Positions 1 to 13,999 of a stretch of DNA of 64,000 nucleotides are shown here, piece after piece. Numbering within the stretch: the stretch's first letter is position 1; every line of letters starts with the position of its first letter. Origin of the DNA: Phoronis australis. Its lineage: Eukaryota; Animalia; Phoronida. The stretch is taken from positions 1 to 64,000 of the forward strand of contig NMRA01000080.1 of the NCBI GenBank assembly GCA_002633005.1, read 5' to 3'. The notes beneath the pieces were generated by a model. The model worked only from the letters and a program-made list of their open reading frames with translations, did not search any database and was not told the origin of the DNA. Both the position numbers and the translations under genes were made by a program.

Positions 1-2198
1 GATCAGCACTGAACACCGAATGACCCGTAACAAATTGAACTCTGGAATGGGTCTCGCAGAAACCAAAAAAGCACCCTCCAAAAATAAGCCAGCTTATACA
101 TTCGAGGTACCACAAAAAATCCACGTGATTCAATACATGCCACTGGTCACTAAATGCCCTATGACAGACAAACTACACTCTGGATTGTGCCCGGCAGAAA
201 CCCTCAAAAATCTCAACCACGATATGCCATTTTTGAGATAGTTAAATCTTCAAGGTTTTGGTTTAAACTGATTTAAAACCAACAATCGTGCTGCACTGAA
301 CACTGAATGACTCGTGAAAGTCAAATTTTATTCTGGAAATGGTTAGCAAAAAACTAATAAAAGACCTTAAAAATGGAGCTACAATTGCCCATGCAGCATC
401 CCCCAGCTACGACAAGTACTCGGGTGGGAAACCCAAACAACTACACAACGAGATGTTAAAAACCACACCAGGGAACTCGAAGTGACAGTCAACTCTCGAA
501 TATGGACCTTGATTGTGATTTAGCCGTCTGGAAATTCTGACGAAAGGCACATCTGGGACACTTAATATGTTCTTCTTAGAGTTAACAAGCGTAGATGTCC
601 CAGACGAAAGAAAGTAACCAGAATTTATACGCATCCTATACGGAGTGAAGGGAGGAGTCAAAGATGTCAATGAAGCGAGATATCTGAAATTAATTGAGAG
701 TACCAGAACTGTAATTGATAAAATATAATTTATAAAAGCAATGCAACTAATTTCAAATGTTTTCATGGTATTAAACCAAAATACCCAGTCTCAGTTGATA
801 CTTAAAAGACCGTAAGTGGTGTTCAGGTTCTATGTTTTTGCTCGTCAGCTCTGAGCTGTTAGACAATTGGTCCCTCGTCAGTTAACTTTTCTCACTATTT
901 ATTTCAAGAGAAGCCGATGACCAAAATCAAGAAGATTGACTACGCATTGCTCCCTCCTTGCTGAAAGGCACTATTGAACAAGCTCAAACGAGCCCACTAT
1001 GTTGCCATGCAGATTCAGTCCATCTGGGAAACGGCTTGGATTCTCTTAACTACAGTTGGAAAACACAAGATGAATACGAAGCGTTGATTTTAAATGTCTG
1101 TGATTATGTTGCAAGTTTATGGGTTGCTGTTTGAAAGTGTTGTTCGGACTCTTTCTAGTTTAGTTTGGTTAAAGATTTTTAAAAACACGTTTTTTCAACA
1201 TATTGTTTAGTAGGCAATGGAATGAAAGGGCTCTTTGGAAATCATGTTCGAGGTTCCTCGATCTATCGCAAATTTAGGGGCCTTGTGTTGCCCCTGACGT
1301 ATCTTTCCTTCTGGCAGTTCCGATGCTCATTATACTACACACTGTTATTTTAAACATCACTTAATGGTTTGGTTTTAGACAGAACCAGGTATCCCAGTTT
1401 TACTGTTATCAGGTACTTTCCAAAATGATTACTTTCTGCCATCATCAATTTGACACTCAGTAGAAGAGCGTATTACACGCAAAGGTATTACGAGTATAAA
1501 AGAATTCGCCATGAGCCGAAGCACGTGATCACACCAGCATCTTTATCTTGTTGAAATTTCTGGGGATGGCGAACACAACCCACAGTGGGTTTTACCTGTA
1601 ATAGGGCATTTAGTACTAACCAGTAACATCTATTTGAATCACATGGAATTTTTATAGTGGTACGTCGAATGATGACCTAGCTCCTCTCAGGGTGTCATTG
1701 TGAGTTCTGGCGAACGCTTTCCTGAGCAGTTTGTCTGTCATAGATCATCTGGCGCTGCATGATTATTAGCTGAAAGCCAGTAGTACCTTGGGTATCTAAT
1801 ATACCTTGCAGTTTTAATGGCACTGTGGTTGAGATTTTTGAGGGTTTCTGCCGGACCCATTCCAGAGTGCAGTTTATCTGTTACGGGTCATTCGGTGTTC
1901 AGTGTGGTACTATTGTTCATTTAAAAACAGTTTTAGCCAGTACCTCGAAAATCTAGTCTAGCTCAAATGTTTTATGTAATACCGTGGTTGAGATTTTGGG
2001 GGTGATTCTGCTGGGCACAACCCAGTGTATTTTATCTGTAATAGGGCATTTAGTGACCTGTGACATGTATTGAATCGCATAGAATAGCTTTTTGTGGTAC
2101 CTAGAATGTATGTGCTAGCTCATTTTTGGGGGCCATTTATGGTTTCTGCCGGACCCATTCCAGAGTGCAAATTTGCCTGTCATGGGTCATTCGGTGTT
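1..2198 (+). mobile_element. Degraded DNA transposon, Academ(X)-like, with subterminal repeat units in inverted orientation at the two ends
   Basis: Fragments EFIRILYGVKGGVKDVNEARYLKL (621-690) and KIDYALLPPC*KALLNKLKRAHYVA (~930-1010, with stop) resemble the C-terminal part of XPG-nuclease-bearing Academ proteins. The unit GCACTGAACACCGAATGACCCGTAAC...TCTGGAATGGGT at 6-64 and ~295-345 recurs reverse-complemented at ~1840-1905 and ~2140-2198. Confidence 0.55.
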
Positions 2199-2199
2199 N

Positions 2200-3644
2200 C
2201 TCACTGTTCTTTTATCACGAACACAAGTTTTTTTCTCGAACTGTATTATTTCGTGTATCGAAACAAATTTTCTTTCTCGTAAACAAAAGTTTCATGATGA
2301 ACGAGTTGCGTTCGTGAGAACAGAAATTAGGTTCACGAGAGAAAACAGCTAGTGAGAACTTTAATACTTTAATGCATTCGTGAAAAAACTATCTGGAAGC
2401 ATTCGTGGGACTGTGATGGAAGACAACTGTCTACTCTGATGTTCTGGTGTAAAACATTATTTGTGTTTTTGTATTGGTTTTTTTCTGGTGTAAAATATTA
2501 TTTTTGTTTCGTATTGGAACTTTTTGGATTTATACATATATATCTATCTATCTCTATATCTAAGATACAAGCAAAAATAAAACATGTCTCTTTTGACGTC
2601 CAAGCTAGGGGTGTTGTTTTCATTAACTTTTTAATTCATACGAATAACAATTTTCAATTGTTTCGATTATCTAAAACTACAACACAACGAAATGTACTAA
2701 TTTTTGAGTAAATTGGTTGCATCAAGTCGTTTATAGGAAGAACACTAAAACAGTTATATAAGAATCTATACTGTATAAACATAATGCGATCGTTTTCGCA
2801 CAAAGTTTTTTGCCCGAGAATTTACATGTATAACAAACGACCGTTTCGCAAGAAATAACATATACTTACTGTTCGCCAGTTTCTGCTGCTGATCTGCAGA
2901 GAGTCGGCTAAGATGTTTGGAGGCGGAGGCAGGAATCAGTGATTACACAGGGTCAAGCAAAACACTTGGCGTAATGTTTCTCTCTCCCACACGTTACTGA
3001 CCATTCCACACTCGACTGTTTGCTTAGAACAACTCTTATTTATTCATTAGCGCAACACCAGCATCACTTTTAAAAAACATTTGGTAAGCATATGCTACCG
3101 TTAATCAATCTATAGCGGAAACAACCACATTGGTTACCAGATGTAGAAGGACATAATTGGCGTAAATGTAAAAGTGACGCAGGTGATGCTGGTGATCCAA
3201 TTCCAATCACTTTTTTCAGCCACACGTACAGTGACCAAATTTGAAATATTTTCAGATGTAAAAGTACAACGTTGTCTTACAATATCGGGTATCAAAAGCA
3301 ATACTGAATGACCATTGCTCCTTGGGGCTAATTGGCTTTCATTTGTCCCTTTCCCTTGCTCGTAAGTTGAAACAATCTTTGCCCGATTACCACACGATGT
3401 TTGGCAGACCTTGGTGAGCCGACGCGTGGTCGAACCAGTTGACCACCTGGTGGTTGACTCCTCATCCTCATGATTTTTTTAATTGTCACCGTTTGAACAG
3501 TTATATTTTGTGTAATACGTTAAAACACCTTCTCATTTGAAATGAGCTTTTCTCAAATAAATGAGCTTCGAAAAAATGACTTAAATTGAATACTTAATAA
3601 GGTATTGCCCAGACAATGCCACACTTGCATATTCATTAAACGGT

Positions 3645-3696
<52 letters not shown>

Positions 3697-3784
3697 ACCA
3701 CTCAAACGAATGACGCTAGTGGTATACCTTATATATATATATATATATATAAGGTATACCACTAGCGTCATTCGTTTGAGTGGT

Positions 3785-3836
<52 letters not shown>

Positions 3837-5281
3837 ACCGTTTAATGAATATGCAAGTGTGGCATTGTCTGGGCAATACCTTATTAAGTATTCAATTTAA
3901 GTCATTTTTTCGAAGCTCATTTATTTGAGAAAAGCTCATTTCAAATGAGAAGGTGTTTTAACGTATTACACAAAATATAACTGTTCAAACGGTGACAATT
4001 AAAAAAATCATGAGGATGAGGAGTCAACCACCAGGTGGTCAACTGGTTCGACCACGCGTCGGCTCACCAAGGTCTGCCAAACATCGTGTGGTAATCGGGC
4101 AAAGATTGTTTCAACTTACGAGCAAGGGAAAGGGACAAATGAAAGCCAATTAGCCCCAAGGAGCAATGGTCATTCAGTATTGCTTTTGATACCCGATATT
4201 GTAAGACAACGTTGTACTTTTACATCTGAAAATATTTCAAATTTGGTCACTGTACGTGTGGCTGAAAAAAGTGATTGGAATTGGATCACCAGCATCACCT
4301 GCGTCACTTTTACATTTACGCCAATTATGTCCTTCTACATCTGGTAACCAATGTGGTTGTTTCCGCTATAGATTGATTAACGGTAGCATATGCTTACCAA
4401 ATGTTTTTTAAAAGTGATGCTGGTGTTGCGCTAATGAATAAATAAGAGTTGTTCTAAGCAAACAGTCGAGTGTGGAATGGTCAGTAACGTGTGGGAGAGA
4501 GAAACATTACGCCAAGTGTTTTGCTTGACCCTGTGTAATCACTGATTCCTGCCTCCGCCTCCAAACATCTTAGCCGACTCTCTGCAGATCAGCAGCAGAA
4601 ACTGGCGAACAGTAAGTATATGTTATTTCTTGCGAAACGGTCGTTTGTTATACATGTAAATTCTCGGGCAAAAAACTTTGTGCGAAAACGATCGCATTAT
4701 GTTTATACAGTATAGATTCTTATATAACTGTTTTAGTGTTCTTCCTATAAACGACTTGATGCAACCAATTTACTCAAAAATTAGTACATTTCGTTGTGTT
4801 GTAGTTTTAGATAATCGAAACAATTGAAAATTGTTATTCGTATGAATTAAAAAGTTAATGAAAACAACACCCCTAGCTTGGACGTCAAAAGAGACATGTT
4901 TTATTTTTGCTTGTATCTTAGATATAGAGATAGATAGATATATATGTATAAATCCAAAAAGTTCCAATACGAAACAAAAATAATATTTTACACCAGAAAA
5001 AAACCAATACAAAAACACAAATAATGTTTTACACCAGAACATCAGAGTAGACAGTTGTCTTCCATCACAGTCCCACGAATGCTTCCAGATAGTTTTTTCA
5101 CGAATGCATTAAAGTATTAAAGTTCTCACTAGCTGTTTTCTCTCGTGAACCTAATTTCTGTTCTCACGAACGCAACTCGTTCATCATGAAACTTTTGTTT
5201 ACGAGAAAGAAAATTTGTTTCGATACACGAAATAATACAGTTCGAGAAAAAAACTTGTGTTCGTGATAAAAGAACAGTGAG
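2200..5281. repeat. Perfect 3082-bp palindrome centred on a (TA)n tract (centre 3740.5); probably an assembly fold-back
   Basis: Mirror ORFs 2439..2711/4770..5042 and 3553..3771/3710..3928 are identical, and their coordinates sum to 7481. The left arm begins exactly after the single N at 2199. Confidence 0.95.
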
Positions 5282-7230
5282 AATGACGTACGATCCATGT
5301 GGGCTGAAGGTTGTCTACCACGAGGTATCTTTTATAAATTTAGTATAATGAATTAATGTAACAAAACATTCGCCCACTTATCTCGTTTAAAAGTACGAAT
5401 TTTTTAAATTAGATTTCGAAGGTGCAATAAAATGTTTTGATCCTTTTTTGAAAAAAACACACGAAAGTTTAGAGCACTTAGGGCTACAAAAGTTGTCTCA
5501 ACGTGATTATTTATGGGCTTATATAAGTCTGGCAGTTCGTTTTCTTGAGACCATGCTTAGGGCAAAGAATGGCGGGACGAGTCTTCGAAGTCTGTCTTGA
5601 ATCTCGCCTTCCGTTCACGAGTACCCATCAACAACTAAAACGCAACTTTTTGAAAACACTTTTTAGTTCAACTAAGAGCAAAAAATGTCAAAAACGACGA
5701 AAACGTAACTTTGGCTCATAATCTTTTCATCCATAAGTTTTACCATAATGTTTGAGACAAAATTAAATATCAAAACTTAAGCCTTTCCTCTAAAAATTTT
5801 AAGCCAATAAACACTTTCAAAATTAGTTTTCAAAACTGGAAGCTTCAGGGTAAAAACGTGCAACCCAAAATAAGAATAGATGCGAATCGGAACCGTGGCC
5901 CTTTGAATACAGTATTAATATACTAACAAAACAATTTGTTTTGAAATGTATAATGCTTCATGTCAATTTTATTTCATTTGTGCTTTATTTAACCGTTTAA
6001 AATTTAGTCCAGAATCGCAATTTCATTGAAGTTTACTTTTTAACGCAATTTTTTTTGTCACTGTAACTGATCCGTGAAATATTAAAACGACTTCTCACAC
6101 AACTTATGCCGATGGAGAGTGGCTCCGAGACCATGAGCTGACCCCAGACAGTAATTAATATTTACCTATTCATATATTTAATATACGATTAGAAGACTGA
6201 CATAGTGGTATAAGTACTTCACTATGTAAATATTAAATAAATAAACCTGACACCTTAGAAAAATAATTAAATCGTTGCTACATGTCTTCAAAGTTTAGAA
6301 CATGATAAACAAGTTGATAGTGTTTAAGAAATGACTGCATGTACATATATATATGTGTAAATGTGTGCGTCTATGTTTGCAAAACTAGCAGTGTTTCTGT
6401 GTAATAGTGCAATATGTATATGGTTATTTACGGTGGACATAATTGTAAGAGAAACAGCTCCAGTCATTGCACGGTGAGAAAAATAAGAAATCTTGTTCCT
6501 GTCCAGCAAAAGAGGGTGTGTTTATCTTATCTAGAACTAAGACGGTATTTTGTTTGTAAAATGGAGTTTTCAGTATAGGGTTGCAGTCGCGATAAGTAAC
6601 ATTAAGTATCGTAAGAGATCTAGCGAACGATAATTTCTTATCGGTCTGTTGTTTCGGTTGTGATAGCAATTCTATCTCACTGCTAACTTCACTCCGAGAT
6701 TACGTGATATGCGCGCACAGATCTGATGAATCATTACCGTGTCGCGTCTGAAGCTGTTATGAAGTGCTTTTCTATCTCTTCGTTTTTTGATTTATTAATT
6801 GAATTGCGCGTTGTTTAGATGACAGAAGCATGAGGCAACTCGTGCGCTAACATTTGGCCTTTTGTCACCCCAATGTTGTAAGCGCGCCTTAGCCAGACTG
6901 TGTGCAGAGTAACCCGTCTATTCACAAAAGTTCATTAATGGGCGTCGCTCAGCAGCGCTGCTGAAGAAAACGTATTCGGTATAGTTTCTCTTGTAATGCA
7001 CCGATTTTAAAAAATCGAAGACGGCTAATGTTCATTTTGTGGCTATCATTATTTGTTGGTTTCGACTTTGAAACAGATACGCTAAACAAGCGCGTTGGTT
7101 ACGACCGCAAAGTGGTGGCACCGTAAAGTCTTTGAAAAGTCGATAATTTTGCTGGAGAGTGTGGGGTGTGGGATGCACGCATTCTCGTCCACTTTCCAGC
7201 AAATAGTGTAAGCGTTCGAGTTACCAAATG
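3950..7230 (+). repeat. Large dispersed repeat, copy 1 (probable non-autonomous TE)
   Basis: Colinear blocks are shared with 54950-57650, e.g. ACCACGCGTCGGCTCACCAAG, CTTGAGACCATGCT, CTGGAAGCTTCAGGGTAAAAAC and GCTGAAGAAAACGTATTC. Confidence 0.85.
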
Positions 7231-7403
7231 AGGCAGAACCCTCACCGGTTGAGACTGGGCAACTCGACCTTGGAATATGCCTGCAGTGATCAAAAACACC
7301 ATGCTATTGTAGTCAGTTACAGGCACGGATCCAGAATTTTGTACACGGGGAAGGGTCCGTTTGTGCCCATTCTCGGGAAACCTCAGTAGGCACCGCTACT
7401 GCA

Positions 7404-7410
7404 GTGTGTG

Positions 7411-7475
<65 letters not shown>

Positions 7476-7585
7476 NNNNNNNNNNNNNNNNNNNNNNNNN
7501 NNNNNNNNNNNNNNNNNNNNNNNNNNNNNNNNNNNNNNNNNNNNNNNNNNNNNNNNNNNNNNNNNNNNNNNNNNNNNNNNNNNNN

Positions 7586-7646
<61 letters not shown>
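7404..7646. repeat. (TG)n and (TA)n microsatellites flanking a 110-N gap (7476-7585)
   Basis: Directly visible in the sequence. Confidence 0.99.
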
Positions 7647-7651
<5 letters not shown>

Positions 7652-10600
7652 TCGACATATTCCGCGTATCGACCTGGCGAAATAATGTTTCATGGGATAT
7701 TACTTCGTCAACGCGATTCTCTGTACGTTTTGTGTATTTATTCAACATGTACACAAGCAAAAATCCAGAAATAAATACAACAAAACAGTGTTCTTATACG
7801 ACAACTGTAGCTCTTCAGTTTGGTAAAAACACTTATTTGAAATATGACCACTCGGATTACAGATGTCGCCAGTGAATTTCAATAACCAAAAAGACTCGTC
7901 GCTGGACGTACATGTAGTATACTAAAATAGTGAGTCCATCGCAAGCTATATCTTGGAAAACATCCAGGCCATTCCTGCAAAGCAAATTACTTCTCATACA
8001 ACACCGAAATCAGCCTACGAGGCCTCCTAGCAATCAACCTGTGACAAATATTTGCACAACGAATTCTTAAGTGCCAAAGCAATTCTCCAACACGAGGAAA
8101 CTCAATCGGCTTTCAGGAATCGTTGAACTCAACGTGTTTTTACTCGACAAACTGCCGAAAAGGACCTCTCACGAGAGTGTTCTTTGGTCGTACCCAAGAG
8201 CTATTATGCGATGGGCTTCGTAAGTGCGCTGAGAATCGCACAGACAGGCCACGGAAAAGCTATTCGTGCCCACTTGTTTGCCGTGGTAGCTCAAAACGTA
8301 CTAGATATTCACTTAACTGATGATGACTAAAACAGCATCATAAGTGAAGCCGGTGTTCCCAATAATTCGAATCCACCAAAGACATTGTTCGTGATTGTTG
8401 ATAACGAGTTATCCAATAAAAACGAAAGAACCGTTGAAGCAGATTTCCCAGCACTGCCCGTCTTACCATACTCGGTTTATCTTACAACTGACGTAACGCA
8501 GCATGAACATTTTCCAAGAAAACGTATACCCTGTGAATTTCAGGAATAAAATACCAAGCTCGTTCTCGAAACACATCAGCATGACAGTGTTCTCAAAGAA
8601 CTGCACCTTCTTCTGAAACATTACACGCCAGTGCCCATTGGCAAAACAATTCTAACCGCCTTCTTTGTCAAGGCTTATTACTGTTCGGCATTTGGTGCGA
8701 GCTACTGCGCTTAATTTCCACTATTAAGGGGCATGCGCTGTGGGCTTAGTACTGAGAATGGGTGCGACCTTTAGGACACTATATGTTCAAACCAGGTTAC
8801 AGGTTTTGACTATCACTTGCAGACTCAGTAGCGTGAACATTCATTTTCCAAGCAATTTCAGCCTATGTTTTTTGTCGTTTATGTTATTTTGTTCTCCATT
8901 TTAATTCAAACCAACGCCTATTTTGATTTCGGAACCATCCAAACGAGCACCACGAGCGAGTGCTTTTTCTGAAAATTGGTGATGGAAATAAGGGCATTCT
9001 TTCGTAAAAGTTATTTTTTCAACACTAGGCATACATGTAACTGAACTACATATGCAAGATATTAGAACAATTTTCCATTTAGGGTGAGAATATGTTTGGT
9101 CACTCCACAGCAATTGATATGAATAAAAATATTTTAATGAACATAACATTTTCATCGTCGCAAACGCGAAAGTTAGATTTCATTCTAAAAGTTCAAGTTG
9201 TTGGGTAAAACGCAGGAAGTTGAGTTCACAGTCTGACTTCATCCGCGGCTTTTTCCTAACTGTCCCAAAACACTTTCTAAAATCCAGTTCACACAAATTT
9301 CTTGTTTTGAAGAGGGGCTCTTTCGGGGAAGCCCTCTTAGTGACGCAGGCTTTGTAAATTTCCAAGACATTTTAACATAAGCCTACGATTTCCAACTGCG
9401 AAGCAAACGTAAGTTCTTAACTTATATGGACGTAAACTGATGAGGATGCACACTGTAGGTCAGGCGCACTGAAGGAACCTTGACAAAACTATTCACTGCG
9501 TTCCGCGAGCCAAACAGTAGCGCGTATTTTTTAATGTTGGGGTTCGTCAGAGCATCGACTACAAGGACTGTTTTACTCGCGTATAAGCGCAATCCCTCAG
9601 TTGATTCCGAATATAGGCGTAGCTTCGAATGTTGGGAAGATGCCTAAATACGACATTGACCGTAAAAACAATAAAGCTGTGATGGAATTTTGTAAGACAT
9701 TGTGGCATTTTAAACATGTGATAATGATTTACATTTTTGATACTTCAGTGAATTCCGCCTTTTATGAAAGACTAGTTAAATATCTTCATTCAGTTTTCAA
9801 TTAGTTAGCAATCTGGCATTCTGATGTCGAATATCGCAAGCTTCAATCCGTTGACAATTGAATTCACGAAGTTCTGAAAAGTTAATGTGATCCGGAGAGT
9901 CGCCACTCTCCGAAATATCGGCCCTTTGGACTATCAAACCAAACTACAAGAACATCAAATAAATATACGTGTAGCTCATCCAGTTACCCGTCGTCTGCCT
10001 GTATTCCCACAGTGAGGTCCAAAATACTACCCATAATGCTTTGCGTGACCGGAAGCGCCAGCCTAGCGAATGATTTATGAACTGCTACCAACAATAAGGT
10101 CTACTCCAACGAGGCCCTAGTTTCCATGAGTAGCAAGTCAACGTTAAGCACGTCACCGTCACTTTCGTCACTCAGAGATACAGCACCATCAACTGCATAT
10201 TTGAAAAAAAAATAAAAAAATCAGTATCGTTCTACAACATTTTAGATGTCACTCACGTGTACTACTTGGGCTATTATTTTTCCCACGGAGTACACCCGAG
10301 TGTGTAAATTCAGCTGTAGAGCATTTAATACGTAAAGTGAGCTCGAATTCAAAACATAGAGATGTCAAGATACCGTGCAAAAATTAAGAATAACATTTTT
10401 GTCGTAAAAACCAAAGATTAAATTAATACTGGCAGAAATAAAGTTTAACATTCACTTTTATTATACCACAGGAGTCCTCAGCTTCTGATCGTCCCCAATA
10501 CACTATATATAAATACTACAAGGTACGACACTCGGGACTAAAAATTCCACGGGTGTTTTAGTTCAGCCTTGCATATCAAACATAAAACTTAATAAATTTA

Positions 10601-13600
10601 CACAAAACAGGGGTTCAACAAACCATTAGCAATTGTTCTTTCTTCTAATACCATTTTAGGTGTCCTGCTCTGGCGAGTTCGTAACAAATTCGCGGTGAAA
10701 GCACAAAAATTTTCTTACTACTTTGTCACACGCTAGTGGGTTCATGGTCAAGTACCGTACGGAATTATCCGATGAGTTACGGACAGCCGGCAATTGACCT
10801 ATCGCCAGGATTATGACGGACGGCTTAATTGACCAATCAGAACAAAGCATTCTTGGCACACCTTCGTCTGCGTTTCCAAGCCGCCATTATACCCAACAAA
10901 CCACGCGTAGTCGAGTAAAACTTACTTTAGTCTATAGCTCAAGAAATTGTCCGCCAAGAATGGGGAAACGGTGTTGATATGGCGTGTGTAGCACCGACAG
11001 CCGTTTTGCTGCTCCAGAATAATATCCTGTCATATTTTGGCATGTTCTAAGCCGAAAAATGATGTTGAAAAGCGTAAACTATGGATCAAACTGTACGGCC
11101 ACACGAGCAGCTGAACTTAGCGATGTTACTTGATAACTCGAAGGTTATAATAAACACAAATATATTAGTTCCAAGATAAGCACTTTTCAGCTTGGTGGCT
11201 ATATGGTGAAGGGCTATCTCAGATTGTGACTCCCGAGTTTCCTACGTTCGGCCGCCTTTGTCTCGACACCTGCTGGATCTCAGCACTCTAGCGGTATAGT
11301 CCCCGGAAATTGTTGTTTTCAAGGACATTTTTATTTTATTTTTTTTATTTATTTCAACCTAACAGAGGTACGTTTTTTTATTCATAAACCCGTAGGCTGG
11401 CGTTCAGCTGAACTTCTCTCCCGGTCAAAATTCAGAGATTCGATCTGCACATGCAGGGAGGGGCACTGGATTACTGCCGGTAACTCAAAGCCTTGGTCGA
11501 GCTGTTGTCACTAAACATAAACTGTTGAATTACTTTTTGACGTGTACCTCAAGTATACACTATGTCTGTAGAGTTAGACAGAGCTCATTTTGAAGTTGGT
11601 CAGACATGATATTTAGATTTATGAAGCTTTAAAAAAGAATTTGAGTTATTTTTGTAAATAAATAGATTTTCTGAGCAGAAGGTCCAAAGGTCTGCATCCC
11701 AGGCCCCTGCAACTTTTGGGCCGCCTGTGTACATACAATTGCACTTTGCCCAATTCCACGAGACATGTTGGACCCCCCTTGTGGTATCCTAGATCCGCCA
11801 CTGAGTTCCAGACATTAACTTGACTGACTTAGACACAGCCCTAGACCTACCCCGCCGGAGCTAACTGTTTGCCTAAGACGAGATGAATGTGTACATGAGC
11901 TATGAACCTGAATTTTTTTTACCAAAATATTTCGTTACAAGATTAGAAAAGCGTAAACAGTGCTGTCTAGTCGACCTAGTCAGAGACTATAGTGCATGTG
12001 TCGTCTGTAATCTATGACCTACTTTACTCCAGGAGTCCCACCCGTTGTGACCTACTTTTTATTTGGCGAAATTTAGCAGACGACTGAATAAAAATATCGG
12101 TGAATCTTTACTGATTTTATTAGAAAGATCATGAAATCTATGGAATCGTACAGATAATTCGACTTGAAAGAACATACCCAGCTTTACATGAACACATCGT
12201 ACTCAGTAGCCTTGTCATTTGCTAGGTGAAGGTGGCCCCGAGGCAGAGGGGTACTTCGGATTTTCGCTGGCACCTCGAGCCATGTTATCATCGTCACCTT
12301 TACAAATTCCCATATCATGAACATACGATTCTCTGTTGAAAAGCATCGCCTCTTGTCTCTGTCGACGCGTTTTCAAATAGTGCAAAAACACTCATCCATT
12401 CCACCAGGAACGTCGTTTAGCGACAGTGTATTTGCCTCTGACATCTCGTTCGAATGTCGGGTATCACGTGACTTTTTGCATAGGGGCGGAGCTTGCGATA
12501 GGTCAATTGCCGGTTCATCACGGAAGGTTACGAAATGGTCTGCTAAGTGTGGAGTTATCGATGTCGTGACTTTCCGTGACAAATCGGCAATTTCCGTGTA
12601 AAAAAGAACTTAGTACGCATGAACTTCCTAACAACAACAAAGACGACACCCATTCTTTTCCTTTTTTAACGTCTAACTAGCACCTTTTTGTAATAAATAT
12701 TCTAATACCGAGGGTGACATATGTGGCTATTGTGTTCTCTACCTTTGTTGTTTAAGTCTTTCATTATATTTGTCATTTTTGCACTCATATTTTATTTGTA
12801 TTTTGTTAATATTTTATATGCTAATGTTTTCAACCATTTTTGTGTAATCATGTTCGGACCTTAATGGAAATAAGCCGTAATTCCTTCGCCATCCGAGATT
12901 CCCACTTGTACTTTTATTGAATTTCATTGGTCTTGAACCTTTTCTAGGATTTCCTGTAGTTATTTGGGACAAATCAAACAACAACAATAATATATATTTT
13001 AGGTTGTATTGGTAATTTCAGGGTCACAGCTCTACAACTGAATATTTCACATAAGGAACCCAGATCGGTTCCTTAATTACAAGAGACAACACACACATTT
13101 ACGATACCCAATGTGTAATTGAGTATCGGATACTAAGTGGCACAGGTTAGCATAGTACCAAATGGGTACATAATACCAAATGGGTATTGGCCGATTACCT
13201 ACCAACTTGGTCGAGCAAAACGGCAAATTCAATAACAAGTACCAAATGGGTACAACTGCCAAATGGGCAAATATCATATAATAAAGTACCAAGTGGGTAC
13301 ATCAAACAGCCAACTGGACTATAACAACCTGCAAAGCAGGTTCCGGACAAGCTGAGTGAGCAGACCAGCTGGAGCGATAAAAATATTGTAAGGAACGTGG
13401 TGTTGTGGCTCAGTATGTACCACATGGGCAGTGTTGTTCATAGATGAACAATCCACCGCCACAACCCGCGTTTGGGCTGTGACCCTGGTAGAGGAGTGGC
13501 AGAGAATGTGGGAAAAAGTTAGTCGCAACCAGTGGGAAATGGACCGATGCCTTTCTCGGATTTTCCTCCATATTTGTTGAAGCTCAACCCCCCTCCAGCG

Positions 13601-13999
13601 TGCAGACAAGACGTGTGGCTTGGGGCACATCACCCGAGGGACAGGTTGGATACCTCACGATGGGCAGTAAAGTACCGCTCCCACAAAGGTCACAACCCAG
13701 CCAAACCCTGGGCGACCATTGAGCCGAAGTTGTGGTCGCTGTATATGACAGGCCCCTCCACTGTCGCCCTACCGCATCCACCTACCAGTCGTAGCTATAC
13801 CTTAACTACAAAGGAAATTGCACTACATGGCAGTGCAGACACAAATATACCTGGAGGACCTGGGGGTAACTCCCACCCGTGCCTCTTATGTTACAGGGCC
13901 ACCCAGCACTCCCGGCCGCGCGCCTAGCCAAGATGTTTTGAGATGTGCTTGGAACTCTTGCGGCCATTTTCATAAAGGTGGTTAACATTGAATTTGAAT

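Noticed and set aside
7313-7875. ORFs with CVCV/YIYI/HTHT runs (also at 3553-3928 and 41570-41758)
   Set aside because: They are translations of microsatellites and N-gaps.
13130-13310. Repeated GTACCAAATGGGTA units as a CRISPR-like array
   Set aside because: The repeats are short and degenerate, spacing is irregular, there are no cas genes and the context is eukaryotic. They are more likely TE subterminal repeats.
13320-13930. GC-richer block with a 131-aa ORF as a host exon
   Set aside because: No recognisable domain. It sits among TE fragments and is probably a decayed retroelement piece.
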